DNA of 64,000 nucleotides from an uncultured Eubacteriales bacterium. Its GTDB lineage: Bacteria; Bacillota; Clostridia; Christensenellales; UBA1242. The position numbers and the translations under genes were made by a program. The stretch spans positions 9,115 to 73,114 of the forward strand of contig CAQIDI010000001.1 in NCBI GenBank assembly GCA_948806215.1, given 5' to 3'. This document shows positions 10,068-18,714 of this stretch, piece by piece. The notes under the pieces were generated by a model. It was not told where the DNA came from. It ran no database searches and saw nothing but the letters and a program-made list of their open reading frames with translations. The stretch's first letter is position 1; each line of letters begins with the position of its first letter.

Positions 10068-12038
10068 ATGAAAAAAGAAGATAATATTTTAAAGTTATTA
10101 TATATTCCAATAATTTATTTTGTGACAGCTTGTTTAATAGAAGTTGGCACCTTTCTTTCGTTAAATTTTGGTGTTTTTCCAAAGTATTTTTTATTTGATA
10201 TTTCTGTTATGCTTATTTTTGTTGGAATTATTTTTATTAGTTCTAATAGAATAGCACAATTTGTTATTTCATTATTGCTGCTTCTTGGTCAGGCACTAAT
10301 TAGTTTTATTAATATCACATTATATAATATTTATGGCGATTTGTTTTCGTTTGATATGATAGCTATTGGAGCAGAAGGGTTTAAAAGCTTTGATGCTTCC
10401 TTTGTTAATTATTGGTTTGTTGTTTATTTAGTTGTGTGCATAACTGCTTCAATAGTTTTTATGGTAAAAGATATTAATAAAAAGTATAACTTTAAAGTTT
10501 TTAATAAAATGGCATTAGTTTTGGCATCGGTTTTTGTGGTGTTTGAACTTATAGGATTTAATGGGTATTACACTCAAATTGCTTGGTTAAGTGCTAATAA
10601 TAATAGTGAATACGATAAATACTTTAATAATGATAAAAATTTATATGAAACATTATTTATTAAAAACGAAAGTTTAAAAAAATATGGTTCTTTTGGTTTT
10701 TATGCGAAAAATTTATCAAACCTAATTTGGCGAAAAGGTAATGTTGATGCCGATTATACCGATACAAAAGAATATATTTTAAATTCGGAAATGAATAGTG
10801 AAAATATGTTTACCGGCACATTAAAGGATGATAATGTTATTGTTATAATGTGTGAAAGTTTAGAGTGGTATGGAATTGATCCAATTTTAACACCAACACT
10901 TTATAAACTATTTACAGATGGTGTTACTTTTAATAACTACTATTCAAAAAGTAAAACTAACTATTCAGAAATGGATGTAATATTAGGAAATATTCCTACT
11001 AACAATTCTTTTACAAACGGTGTTCATTTTGCTAATTCTAGCTTGTTAAACAATAAATTGCCTTTCACACTTCCAAACAAATTTAAAGCAAGTGGATATG
11101 ATCAAACAACATTCTTCCATAATAACGATGGTAGTTTTTATGGTAGAACAACAACACATCCTGTTTATGGCTTTGATAATATTGTTACATTAGAAAAAAT
11201 GGATTTTTCTGGTTTAGATGTTGGGAAAGAAGGATCTTATTATAGAGATTCCGATATGATAAAGGCTTGCATAAATCAAATAGCACCACTTAATAAAAAG
11301 TTTTTATCGTTTATAACAACTGTTGTAACTCACGGCCCATATAAAGAAAATCCAAGACTTAACGAATATTATAAAATTTTAGATGGTGAGAAATTTGAAG
11401 AGTCGTTAACTTGGCTTGAAAATAATACTAACTATGTAAAGCCAACAACCGAAAGTTTGCGAAACATTTTAAAGCTATATAAAGCAGCTTTTATGGATTT
11501 AGATAGAGGGGTGGAATATTTATTAAATTATTTAAAAGATAACAATTTAATGGATAACACAACCTTGGTTTTATATAGTGACCATAATGCTTATTATCAT
11601 GATTTGGCTTATGAAATGCGAACTGTTAATAAAGGGGAATATTATAACAACGAAGTTTACAGAGTTCCAGCAAGCATTTATAGTGAAAAGTTAGGAAATA
11701 TGAATATTGATAAATTTAGTTGTCCATATAATATTTTACCAACAATATTTGATTTAGTGGGTATTAATTATAACAAGAATTTATATATGGCACCTTCAAT
11801 TTTTGATGAAGAATTTAAGAATACCATTTTTGTTTCGCCATTAAGTGGAATTATGGGAGATGGTATATATTCCGATAATGTTAGTTCGGTTTATTTGTTA
11901 AAGGATAATATTTCTGACGAAGATGTTTATAACTTTAAACAATTAGCGTTAAAATATTATCAAAAACAAGAATGGATTAATAAAATTTACAATACCAATA
12001 TTTTTAAATACTATCCGGAACTTAATAATAATATTTAA
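10068..12038 (+). CDS. LTA synthase family / sulfatase-like membrane protein
   Basis: About 5 N-terminal TM helices followed by an extracytoplasmic alkaline-phosphatase/sulfatase-like domain (VIVIMCESLE, TVVTHGPY, LVLYSDHN). Confidence 0.65.
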   Translation: MKKEDNILKLLYIPIIYFVTACLIEVGTFLSLNFGVFPKYFLFDISVMLIFVGIIFISSNRIAQFVISLLLLLGQALISFINITLYNIYGDLFSFDMIAIGAEGFKSFDASFVNYWFVVYLVVCITASIVFMVKDINKKYNFKVFNKMALVLASVFVVFELIGFNGYYTQIAWLSANNNSEYDKYFNNDKNLYETLFIKNESLKKYGSFGFYAKNLSNLIWRKGNVDADYTDTKEYILNSEMNSENMFTGTLKDDNVIVIMCESLEWYGIDPILTPTLYKLFTDGVTFNNYYSKSKTNYSEMDVILGNIPTNNSFTNGVHFANSSLLNNKLPFTLPNKFKASGYDQTTFFHNNDGSFYGRTTTHPVYGFDNIVTLEKMDFSGLDVGKEGSYYRDSDMIKACINQIAPLNKKFLSFITTVVTHGPYKENPRLNEYYKILDGEKFEESLTWLENNTNYVKPTTESLRNILKLYKAAFMDLDRGVEYLLNYLKDNNLMDNTTLVLYSDHNAYYHDLAYEMRTVNKGEYYNNEVYRVPASIYSEKLGNMNIDKFSCPYNILPTIFDLVGINYNKNLYMAPSIFDEEFKNTIFVSPLSGIMGDGIYSDNVSSVYLLKDNISDEDVYNFKQLALKYYQKQEWINKIYNTNIFKYYPELNNNI

Positions 12039-12071
12039 AAAAACAGCACTATTATAAGTGCTGTTTTTGTT
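12036..12071. terminator. Bidirectional terminator between convergent genes
   Basis: acagcact / agtgctgt stem flanked by an A-run and a T-run. Confidence 0.75.
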
Positions 12072-12815
12072 TTAAATTTCAACTTTAAATTTGTTTCTGC
12101 TCCATAACCAAAATGGTGTGTGAATATCAATAGGATATATGTTTGTATCTTTTAATAATTTTTCCCATCTTAAACTTACAATTTCGCGTATGTTGCTTTT
12201 ATCTAAATCTTGTGGGCTAATAACGCCTAATTTTAAACTTGATTGAATTATGTGAGTATCTGGGGCAACAGAAATGCTGTGCTTGTTTTTTAAATTTATA
12301 TTTGTATATTGTGAAATAACATATAACCAATAGTTTAATATTTTTGTTCCAGATAAGTAAGGAAAATCTTTTTTATTTTTTAAAATATAATTTTTAACTT
12401 CTATAATATCGTTATTATTATTATTAAACAAATTTCTAATATCGCCATCAAAGTGCTTATTAATTGATAAGCAAAGTTTTATCCAAAATTCGGTTTGCTT
12501 ATTTTTTTGCAAAGCTAATTTATATTTGGTTAAATATTCTTGAACTTTTTCAAAGCTTAATTTTGAAATATTAATGGTATCAAACACTTTAATTGTTTCT
12601 TTATCTTTCCAAGTTTTTAGGGCAGATTGCCAAAGAGTATAGGAATTTCGTTGATAGTTTAATGCCATTGGTAATGTGAAATAAATAAAATTTTCTTTTG
12701 ATGCTTTAGTTAAATTAGGGTTGCTATCTTCTGGCATTATTTCTCCGCCAAGCAAACCTTTTTTGTGAAGATTTATTAATTTTTTTACTTTAGCAATTAA
12801 TTCGTTTTTATCCAT
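12072..12815 (-). CDS. Hypothetical protein with an HhH-GPD-like (endonuclease III-like) core
   Basis: FPYLSGTKILNYWLYV ... VAPDTHIIQSSLKLGVI parallels the EndoIII LPGVGRKTANVVL ... IAVDTHIFRV arrangement, with Lys and Asp retained. Very AT-rich. No RBS is obvious. Confidence 0.4.
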   Translation of the reverse strand: MDKNELIAKVKKLINLHKKGLLGGEIMPEDSNPNLTKASKENFIYFTLPMALNYQRNSYTLWQSALKTWKDKETIKVFDTINISKLSFEKVQEYLTKYKLALQKNKQTEFWIKLCLSINKHFDGDIRNLFNNNNNDIIEVKNYILKNKKDFPYLSGTKILNYWLYVISQYTNINLKNKHSISVAPDTHIIQSSLKLGVISPQDLDKSNIREIVSLRWEKLLKDTNIYPIDIHTPFWLWSRNKFKVEI

Positions 12816-12911
12816 ACATTAAGTCTATCATAAAAATTATTGCAAACCAAAAAAAACAATACGATATTTCACATATTGTTGTTTAGTGTTATTTAATAAA
12901 AAAAAGTAATT

Positions 12912-13493
12912 TTAATCTTCAATTTCAATATTAAAACTTTGTAATAAATTTATTGCATCAGGAGATGAGAATTTTGCATTAAAAATTTTGTTATTTAATA
13001 GGTTTACAACATAACCAGTGGCTTTTCTAAAATCGCTTTTTTGCAAATCACAATCGTTAAATTCTGTTTCTTTTAGGTTGCAACCATTAAAATTGCTTTC
13101 AAATAGGTTGCATTCCATAAAAATTGAATGAAATATAGAAGATTGCATAAAATTAAATTTACGAAAATTTAGTTTTAGGAAAGTGTTATATTTTAAATAG
13201 CACTTATCAAGTTTTTGAATTGGGGAAGAGATTGAACCAATAGATTGCATATTATACCAATCAATGTTAACAAGATTGCACGATATAAAATCGGATAAAA
13301 GCATTTTAACATTGTTAGTTTGCATATTAACTATTGAACAATTAATAAACTTGCACTCACAAAATGTGCAGTCTGTAAAGTTGCAATTTAAAAATTTACA
13401 CTCTTCAAAAGTGCAATCACTAAACTCAATATTAGTAATATTGCAGTTTTCTTTAATAACATTTTTAAAAACTTTGTTTGTAAAACTTTTCAT
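12912..13493 (-). CDS. Pentapeptide-repeat protein, Qnr/MfpA-like size and layout
   Basis: Continuous A(D/N)LxX-type pentapeptide register (FSDCTFEECKFLNCNFTDCTFCECKFINCSI ... FMECNLFESNFNGCNLKETEFNDCDLQKSDF), an interruption mid-protein and a short C-terminal helix. ATG at 13493 chosen (GGTG 7 nt upstream). Confidence 0.75.
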   Translation of the reverse strand: MKSFTNKVFKNVIKENCNITNIEFSDCTFEECKFLNCNFTDCTFCECKFINCSIVNMQTNNVKMLLSDFISCNLVNIDWYNMQSIGSISSPIQKLDKCYLKYNTFLKLNFRKFNFMQSSIFHSIFMECNLFESNFNGCNLKETEFNDCDLQKSDFRKATGYVVNLLNNKIFNAKFSSPDAINLLQSFNIEIED

Positions 13494-13752
13494 ATTTAAC
13501 ACCAAATTTTTTAATTATTATAGCATTAAAAATGGTACTTCTCAAATATTTTATGATGTAACAATATTTGTTTTTTTATCATAAAAATTAATTATAAATT
13601 TTAGTTTTATAATTATTTTTAACACTTAAAAAAATATGTAAAAAGTTAAGAGTACTTAAAATATTTGACAAAAATTTTTATTTGATTAATATGGTATTAG
13701 TATATAATTAATATAATTATATATTAAAAAATATTTTATTATAGGAGGGTTT

Positions 13753-16700
13753 ATGACTTCAAGAAAAAAGAGTTTCCCGATAATATTTACTGTTATTGCG
13801 TGCGTTTTTGCTTTATTAGCGGGAATAATAAGCTATTTGCCTAATTCAAGAATGGCTGTATTTGCTCAAACAGACGAAAAGTCGGGATTATATTACTACG
13901 ATAATCTTACAACTGCAGATCAATCTGGTAATGTAGTTGAATATGTTTTGGCTAAGAAATTTTACCAAGCATTAGAGAAAATTGAAGAAGCAGGTAGTTT
14001 TAAAGCTGGAGTGGTTTCTTATGCTATAAATTCCATTGTAACATCCGACCAAATTAAAGGCTGGGTTGTAGATGGAAAAATGGAAATCCCAAAGGCATTT
14101 AGTGCGGCAAGAGATTCGTTTTTAATGGATCATCCAGAGTTATTTTATGTAGATTTATATAAATTAACAATTAGCGCGTCATTAACTAATGGCGTTTATT
14201 CGGCTTTTATTGATAGTGGTAGATTTGCAAATGTTTATAGAGATAACTCTTTTAAATCTGAAACTATGGTTAATAAAGCAATTGAAAGTTTTAATACTGA
14301 ATTAAATAAAATGGTTAACGAAGTTAAAACACAAGTTGAAAATAATGATTCATCGGTTAAAACAGACCTTGCTTTAGCAAAAGCCGTAAATGAAAAAATT
14401 GCAACAAATGTTAAATACGATTTTGGTGCATATAACGATTATTTAAATAATAAAGATGGCGTTTCTAGCGCATCTTTAACTCATACTGCATATGGTGCAT
14501 TAGTGCTTAAAAAAGCAGTTTGTTCTGGTTATTCTTTTGCTTATAAAGCAGTTTTAGATAAACTAGATATTCCTTGCGTTGTTGTAAGTGGATATAGCAG
14601 AGGAAAGGATAAAAATGGTAATGATACAAGTGGTAATGTTGGCCACTCTTGGAACTATGTAGCATTACAAACACCTAAAAAAGAAGTGCAAACTTCAACT
14701 AGAGCTACAAATTCCGAAGTTCAAGAATTAGAAACAAATTGGTTTGCTTTTGATACAACTTGGAATAGCGTTAGCACAGATAAAAATAAATATTCTAATA
14801 TGAATGCAATTACTGCATATCAACAACATATGCCAGATGGTGTTATTTCATCTGCAGAATATAACTTAACATATCCATCACTTTCTATGGTGGAATATGA
14901 CCAATTATGGAATCCTAATAATATGGATATAACTGTTAATTATGCTGGATTCTCTTATTCAAGCATATATGGATTATCAAGTGCTGGTAACTTTTATATT
15001 GGTCAAGAATATGTTAGTTTTAACGGTTTGAATGCAAAACAACTTTTAGAACAACAAAATTTGCGCTTAATTTCAAGAAGCTATTTCTTAGAAGATGGTG
15101 AAGAAAAATGGTCTGCTTGGATTGATTTAGCAAGCTATTCTAGATTTGAAGGTAGTGGAATTCAATATGTTGATAATAAAACTGTAACTACATTCGTTTC
15201 AAACCAAATTAGTTCCCAATATGCTGTAGTATCAAATATCAGTCCTGATGGCGACTATGTTATAGGTAATGATCTTTTATGTGATAAATGTTTCTATACT
15301 GATGCAAACTTAGTTGAAGAAAATGCAGAATTTATTTCAATAGAATTTAAAAATGAATCCTATGGAACATATACACCAGCTCCATATTTAATGCCTGAAA
15401 AAACTAAACCTTATGCTGGCGGCGATGTTGTTATTACTGATAATATGAGTGAACCAGGCAATAGCAATATTATGGCTGATAGTAAAGCTTTATCTTTAAC
15501 TTTAGTTTATGATGAACCATTACACATTCTTGATGAAACTCAACCAATTAAAGCAAATTTTTCGGCTGATCACGAAAATACAAAGAATTTTGCTAGTTTT
15601 GTTCCTTTCCCTGATGGAAAATATGTTCATTTAGTAGAAGATGCTTCTGGTGTGCCAAACACACTACTAGTAAAATTTAAACCAAGTTTAATGTATGAAC
15701 ATAACCGTGAAGGTTATATGATTACTTTTGAAAATGTTGGATCTGCTAAAATTGTAGATAAACTAATTGATAATAAACTAGTTCGTACAACATCAGATAA
15801 AGCTCCAAACTATGTTTATTTTGTGTTCTCACGCAATTATAATGCTTGTCCTAATATTTTTGGTGATGGTAGATTATGGGTTAATTGTTGTGCACAACCA
15901 ACATTAGTTGATAACACCGACTTATCTAAAATGGATTTTAAAGATGCAGAAGGAAATAGCACTTTCTCAGAACAAGAACGTAGCCAAATGATGTTGGTAG
16001 TTAATAATGTTTCTCCTAAAACAGAAGAAGATATTATTAACGGAATTGCTAAAGATAAATCTAATAATATTTCTAATAAAGATATTATGGCTAGTCAAAC
16101 TTATGATATCGACCTACAAATTTGCGGCAAATATGCTACTATTCCAGATGGAAGCTATGTTAACATTGCACTTGGTTTCCCAGAAGGTTATGGCCCAGAT
16201 GATGAAGGCGTAACTTTTAAAATTTTTCACAGAAAACATATTAGTGGAGATAAATATATAATTGAAGAAATTCCTTGCGTAGTAACCAAATTTGGTATTG
16301 TTGCAACTGTTAATAGTTTTTCTCCTTACACTGTAGTTGCAGTTTCAGAGAAAAAAGCAACCGAAAAAACAATTGTGGCTTCAATTGAAGGTAAGGGCGG
16401 CAAACTTAGCAAAGAAGATAGCAAAATTAGAACAATAGGTAAAAATAGCCAATATACTTATACTATTGCTCCTGATGAAGGTTATCAAATTTATAGTGTT
16501 ACTTTAAATGGTAAAAACATTACTAACAAAGTAACAAGTAATCAATTAACATTAAGCTATGATGAATTAACAAGAAATAACGAACTTGAAATTAAATATA
16601 TTTCTAACGATTCTGCTGTTCGTTATAGTGAACTTAACATTGTAGAACCGGTTAAAGTTGTTATGTCAACTAACAACACTTTCTCTCAATATTCTTTTGT

Positions 16701-16842
16701 TGAAGGTGAGGTTTTCTCTAAAAATTCAAATGTTGGCATTGTTGTTGGCGTATTCTTTGGTGCATTAGCAATTATTTTAGCTGTTGTTATTGCTAGAGTA
16801 GTTATAATGAAAAAGAAAAGAGCTAACAATGAAAATAATTAA
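13753..16842 (+). CDS. Large cell-surface protein with a transglutaminase-like cysteine protease core and a C-terminal membrane anchor
   Basis: Signal peptide. Cys-His-Asp arrangement: KKAVCSGYSFAY ... GHSWNYV ... FAFDTTW. Ig-like/B-repeat-like segment (GKGGKLS...YTYTIAPDEGYQIYSVTLNG). C-terminal TM helix plus KKKR. Strong RBS ataggaggg. Confidence 0.7.
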   Translation: MTSRKKSFPIIFTVIACVFALLAGIISYLPNSRMAVFAQTDEKSGLYYYDNLTTADQSGNVVEYVLAKKFYQALEKIEEAGSFKAGVVSYAINSIVTSDQIKGWVVDGKMEIPKAFSAARDSFLMDHPELFYVDLYKLTISASLTNGVYSAFIDSGRFANVYRDNSFKSETMVNKAIESFNTELNKMVNEVKTQVENNDSSVKTDLALAKAVNEKIATNVKYDFGAYNDYLNNKDGVSSASLTHTAYGALVLKKAVCSGYSFAYKAVLDKLDIPCVVVSGYSRGKDKNGNDTSGNVGHSWNYVALQTPKKEVQTSTRATNSEVQELETNWFAFDTTWNSVSTDKNKYSNMNAITAYQQHMPDGVISSAEYNLTYPSLSMVEYDQLWNPNNMDITVNYAGFSYSSIYGLSSAGNFYIGQEYVSFNGLNAKQLLEQQNLRLISRSYFLEDGEEKWSAWIDLASYSRFEGSGIQYVDNKTVTTFVSNQISSQYAVVSNISPDGDYVIGNDLLCDKCFYTDANLVEENAEFISIEFKNESYGTYTPAPYLMPEKTKPYAGGDVVITDNMSEPGNSNIMADSKALSLTLVYDEPLHILDETQPIKANFSADHENTKNFASFVPFPDGKYVHLVEDASGVPNTLLVKFKPSLMYEHNREGYMITFENVGSAKIVDKLIDNKLVRTTSDKAPNYVYFVFSRNYNACPNIFGDGRLWVNCCAQPTLVDNTDLSKMDFKDAEGNSTFSEQERSQMMLVVNNVSPKTEEDIINGIAKDKSNNISNKDIMASQTYDIDLQICGKYATIPDGSYVNIALGFPEGYGPDDEGVTFKIFHRKHISGDKYIIEEIPCVVTKFGIVATVNSFSPYTVVAVSEKKATEKTIVASIEGKGGKLSKEDSKIRTIGKNSQYTYTIAPDEGYQIYSVTLNGKNITNKVTSNQLTLSYDELTRNNELEIKYISNDSAVRYSELNIVEPVKVVMSTNNTFSQYSFVEGEVFSKNSNVGIVVGVFFGALAIILAVVIARVVIMKKKRANNENN

Positions 16843-16860
16843 TAATTAATATTAATAAAT

Positions 16861-16893
16861 AAAAAATCCATTGAGTTTTCAATGGATTTTTTT
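16861..16893 (+). terminator. Rho-independent terminator
   Basis: aatccattga / tcaatggatt 10-bp stem followed by T7. Confidence 0.85.
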
Positions 16894-17085
16894 ATATAAG
16901 CATAAAATTAAAAATTGTTAAATTATTTATTTGATGTTAATTTTTCTATAGCTTTTTCAATGCTTTCCGCAAAAAATATATCTTTATCGTTATTGCTTTC
17001 ATAAATAAAATCGTTATAGCATAAAGAAATGCGTTTTCAGTTATATAAGTAAAATAGGTAATTGATATAAGTAAAAATTTAATAA

Positions 17086-17113
17086 AATAAAAAATACGAA
17101 CCAATTAGTTCGC
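17086..17113 (-). terminator. Terminator of the tRNA operon
   Basis: On the minus strand: gcgaac-taattg-gttcgt followed by attttttatttt, directly after tRNA-Tyr. Confidence 0.6.
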
Positions 17114-17126
17114 ACTATATTTTTAA

Positions 17127-17211
17127 TGGTGGGCGAGGATGGATTCGAACCACCGAAGTCAGAGACAACAGATTTACAGTCTGCTCCATTTGGCCACTCT
17201 GGAACTCGCCC
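17127..17211 (-). tRNA. tRNA-Tyr (GTA), long variable arm, CCA encoded
   Basis: Reverse complement GGGCGAGTTCCAGAGTGGCC...CTGTAAA...GGTTCGAATCC...CTCGCCCACCA; acceptor stem pairs; anticodon loop CTGTAAA. Confidence 0.9.
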
Positions 17212-17222
17212 ATATAAAAAAG

Positions 17223-17298
17223 TGGAGCTGGTGAAAGGAATCGAACCTTCAACCTGCTGATTACAAATCAGCTGCTCTGCCAATTGAGCTACACCAGC
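17223..17298 (-). tRNA. tRNA-Thr (TGT)
   Basis: Reverse complement GCTGGTGTAGCTCAATTGGCAGAGC...TTTGTAA...GGTTCGATTCC...CACCAGCTCCA. Confidence 0.9.
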
Positions 17299-17340
17299 AT
17301 ATATAAGTTTGTGTAGGGAATAGGGTAATAAAATTTATTA

Positions 17341-17416
<76 letters not shown>

Positions 17417-17425
17417 ACATAATAA

Positions 17426-17502
17426 TGGCGACCCGGAAGAGATTTGAACTCTCGACCTCTAGCGTGACAGGCTAGCGTTCTAACCAACTGAACTACCGGG
17501 CC
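17426..17502 (-). tRNA. tRNA-Asp (GTC)
   Basis: Reverse complement GGCCCGGTAGTTCAGTTGGTTAGAAC...CTGTCAC...AGTTCAAATCT...CCGGGTCGCCA. Confidence 0.9.
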
Positions 17503-17529
17503 AAATAAAATAATATAGGGAATGGGTAT

Positions 17530-17606
17530 TGGTGGGCCTTCAGGGACTCGAACCCCGGACCAACCGGTTATGAGCCGGTCGCTCTAACCAACTGAGCTAA
17601 AGGCCC
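17530..17606 (-). tRNA. tRNA with CAT anticodon. The body resembles the lysidine-modified tRNA-Ile2 more than elongator or initiator Met.
   Basis: Reverse complement GGGCCTTTAGCTCAGTTGGTTAGAGC...CTCATAA...GGTTCGAGTCC...AAGGCCCACCA. It is close to the B. subtilis tRNA-Ile(CAU) as I recall it. The Ile2 versus Met assignment is inference. Confidence 0.85.
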
Positions 17607-17629
17607 AATTAATCAGCACTTTTCAGAAA

Positions 17630-17706
17630 TGGTCGGGGTGAAGAGACTCGAACTCCCGGCCCCTTGATCCCAAATCAAGTGCGCTACCAAACTGCGCTAC
17701 ACCCCG
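17630..17706 (-). tRNA. tRNA-Pro (TGG)
   Basis: Reverse complement CGGGGTGTAGCGCAGTTTGGTAGCGC...TTTGGGA...AGTTCGAGTCT...CACCCCGACCA. Confidence 0.9.
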
Positions 17707-17731
17707 AAAGTTTCTTGGTGCTGACAGATAA

Positions 17732-17760
17732 AGTTTACTATAACACGGGTTAAATGTCAA
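17732..17760 (-). promoter_or_regulatory. Putative sigma-A promoter of the tRNA operon
   Basis: Minus strand: TTGACA, 17-nt spacer, TAAACT, about 26 nt upstream of tRNA-Pro. Confidence 0.5.
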
Positions 17761-17938
17761 TAAATTTAATTAATAATTTTACATTTTTTTATTAAATAAA
17801 ATTTAATATTATATGTTTTATTTTTTATAAATTCAAATAGTATAAAATAATAAAAAATAAGCAATAATTCAACAATATGTTTTAAAATTTTTAATTTTAA
17901 TTTTGTTATAATAGTTAAAAATTTTACGAGGCGAAACA

Positions 17939-18247
17939 ATGAACATTAAGCACAGAATTTATAATAATACGATGTATGTTATGTTAATAGGTGAGTTAGA
18001 TGAATATTCTGCTGGCTATGCTAGAACCAACTTAGATCAAATTTTTAGTGAAAGAAATTTTAATCAAGTTATTATAGATTTATCCGAATTGGAGTTTATG
18101 GATAGCACTGGCATTGGAGTTTTAATTGGAAGATATAAAAAGTTAAAAACAAATAAAGTTCCAATTTACATATGCAATCCTAGTAACCACGTGGAAAAAA
18201 TATTTCAAATGACAGGGCTTTACGAAATTATGCCCAAAATTAGTTAG
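17939..18247 (+). CDS. spoIIAA: Anti-sigma-F factor antagonist (STAS domain)
   Basis: STAS fold with the phosphorylatable Ser context (FMDSTGIGVLIG); first gene of the spoIIAA-AB-sigF trio. Confidence 0.9.
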   Translation: MNIKHRIYNNTMYVMLIGELDEYSAGYARTNLDQIFSERNFNQVIIDLSELEFMDSTGIGVLIGRYKKLKTNKVPIYICNPSNHVEKIFQMTGLYEIMPKIS

Positions 18248-18266
18248 TAAAAGGTTAGAGGTTGTT

Positions 18267-18713
18267 ATGAATTATAATAATGAATTATTTTTAAAGTTTA
18301 AAAGTTTAAGCGAAAACGAAGGTTTTGCCAGAGCTTGTGTTGCAAGCTTTTGTTTACCATTAAATCCTAGCATAGAAGTTATTACCGACATTAAAACTGC
18401 CGTTAGTGAAGCTGTTACAAATTGTGTTGTGCACGCATATCCTAATAAAGTTGGCGATGTGGAAATTTTAGTTAGGTTAAATAATAATCAAATATACATA
18501 TCTATAAAAGATTATGGTGTTGGCATTAGCGATGTTTTAAAAGCTAAAGAGCCTTTTTATACAAGCAAACCAGATAGTGAGCGTAGCGGAATGGGATTTA
18601 CTGTTATGGAAAGTTTTATGGATAGCGTTGTGGTAAATTCTGAAGTAAACAAAGGAACAGAAGTTGTTTTAGTTAAGAACTTGGAGGATAACAAATTAGC
18701 GGTTGGAGGTTAA
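18267..18713 (+). CDS. spoIIAB: Anti-sigma-F factor (serine protein kinase)
   Basis: GHKL ATPase motifs (EAVTNCVVHAY, DYGVGI, GMGFTVM); about 146 aa; operon position. Confidence 0.9.
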   Translation: MNYNNELFLKFKSLSENEGFARACVASFCLPLNPSIEVITDIKTAVSEAVTNCVVHAYPNKVGDVEILVRLNNNQIYISIKDYGVGISDVLKAKEPFYTSKPDSERSGMGFTVMESFMDSVVVNSEVNKGTEVVLVKNLEDNKLAVGG

Positions 18714-18714
18714 A

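Noticed and set aside
12912-13493. Calling the pentapeptide-repeat protein a quinolone-resistance determinant
   Set aside because: The repeat architecture is clear, but many pentapeptide-repeat proteins have other roles. Resistance cannot be inferred from sequence by eye.
17041-17283. 80-aa ORF on the minus strand in the ORF track
   Set aside because: It is made of the tRNA-Tyr and tRNA-Thr sequences read as protein. The tRNA cloverleaves explain the region fully.
17762-17938. Attempt to call Spo0A boxes or a sigma-H promoter upstream of spoIIAA, and a sigma-F/G promoter upstream of spoVAC (21361-21454)
   Set aside because: Only a TGtTATAAT-like element (about 17912-17920) and weak GTATA...CAATTA matches are visible. 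There is no TGTCGAA-type 0A box. The evidence is insufficient in such AT-rich DNA without a scoring matrix.
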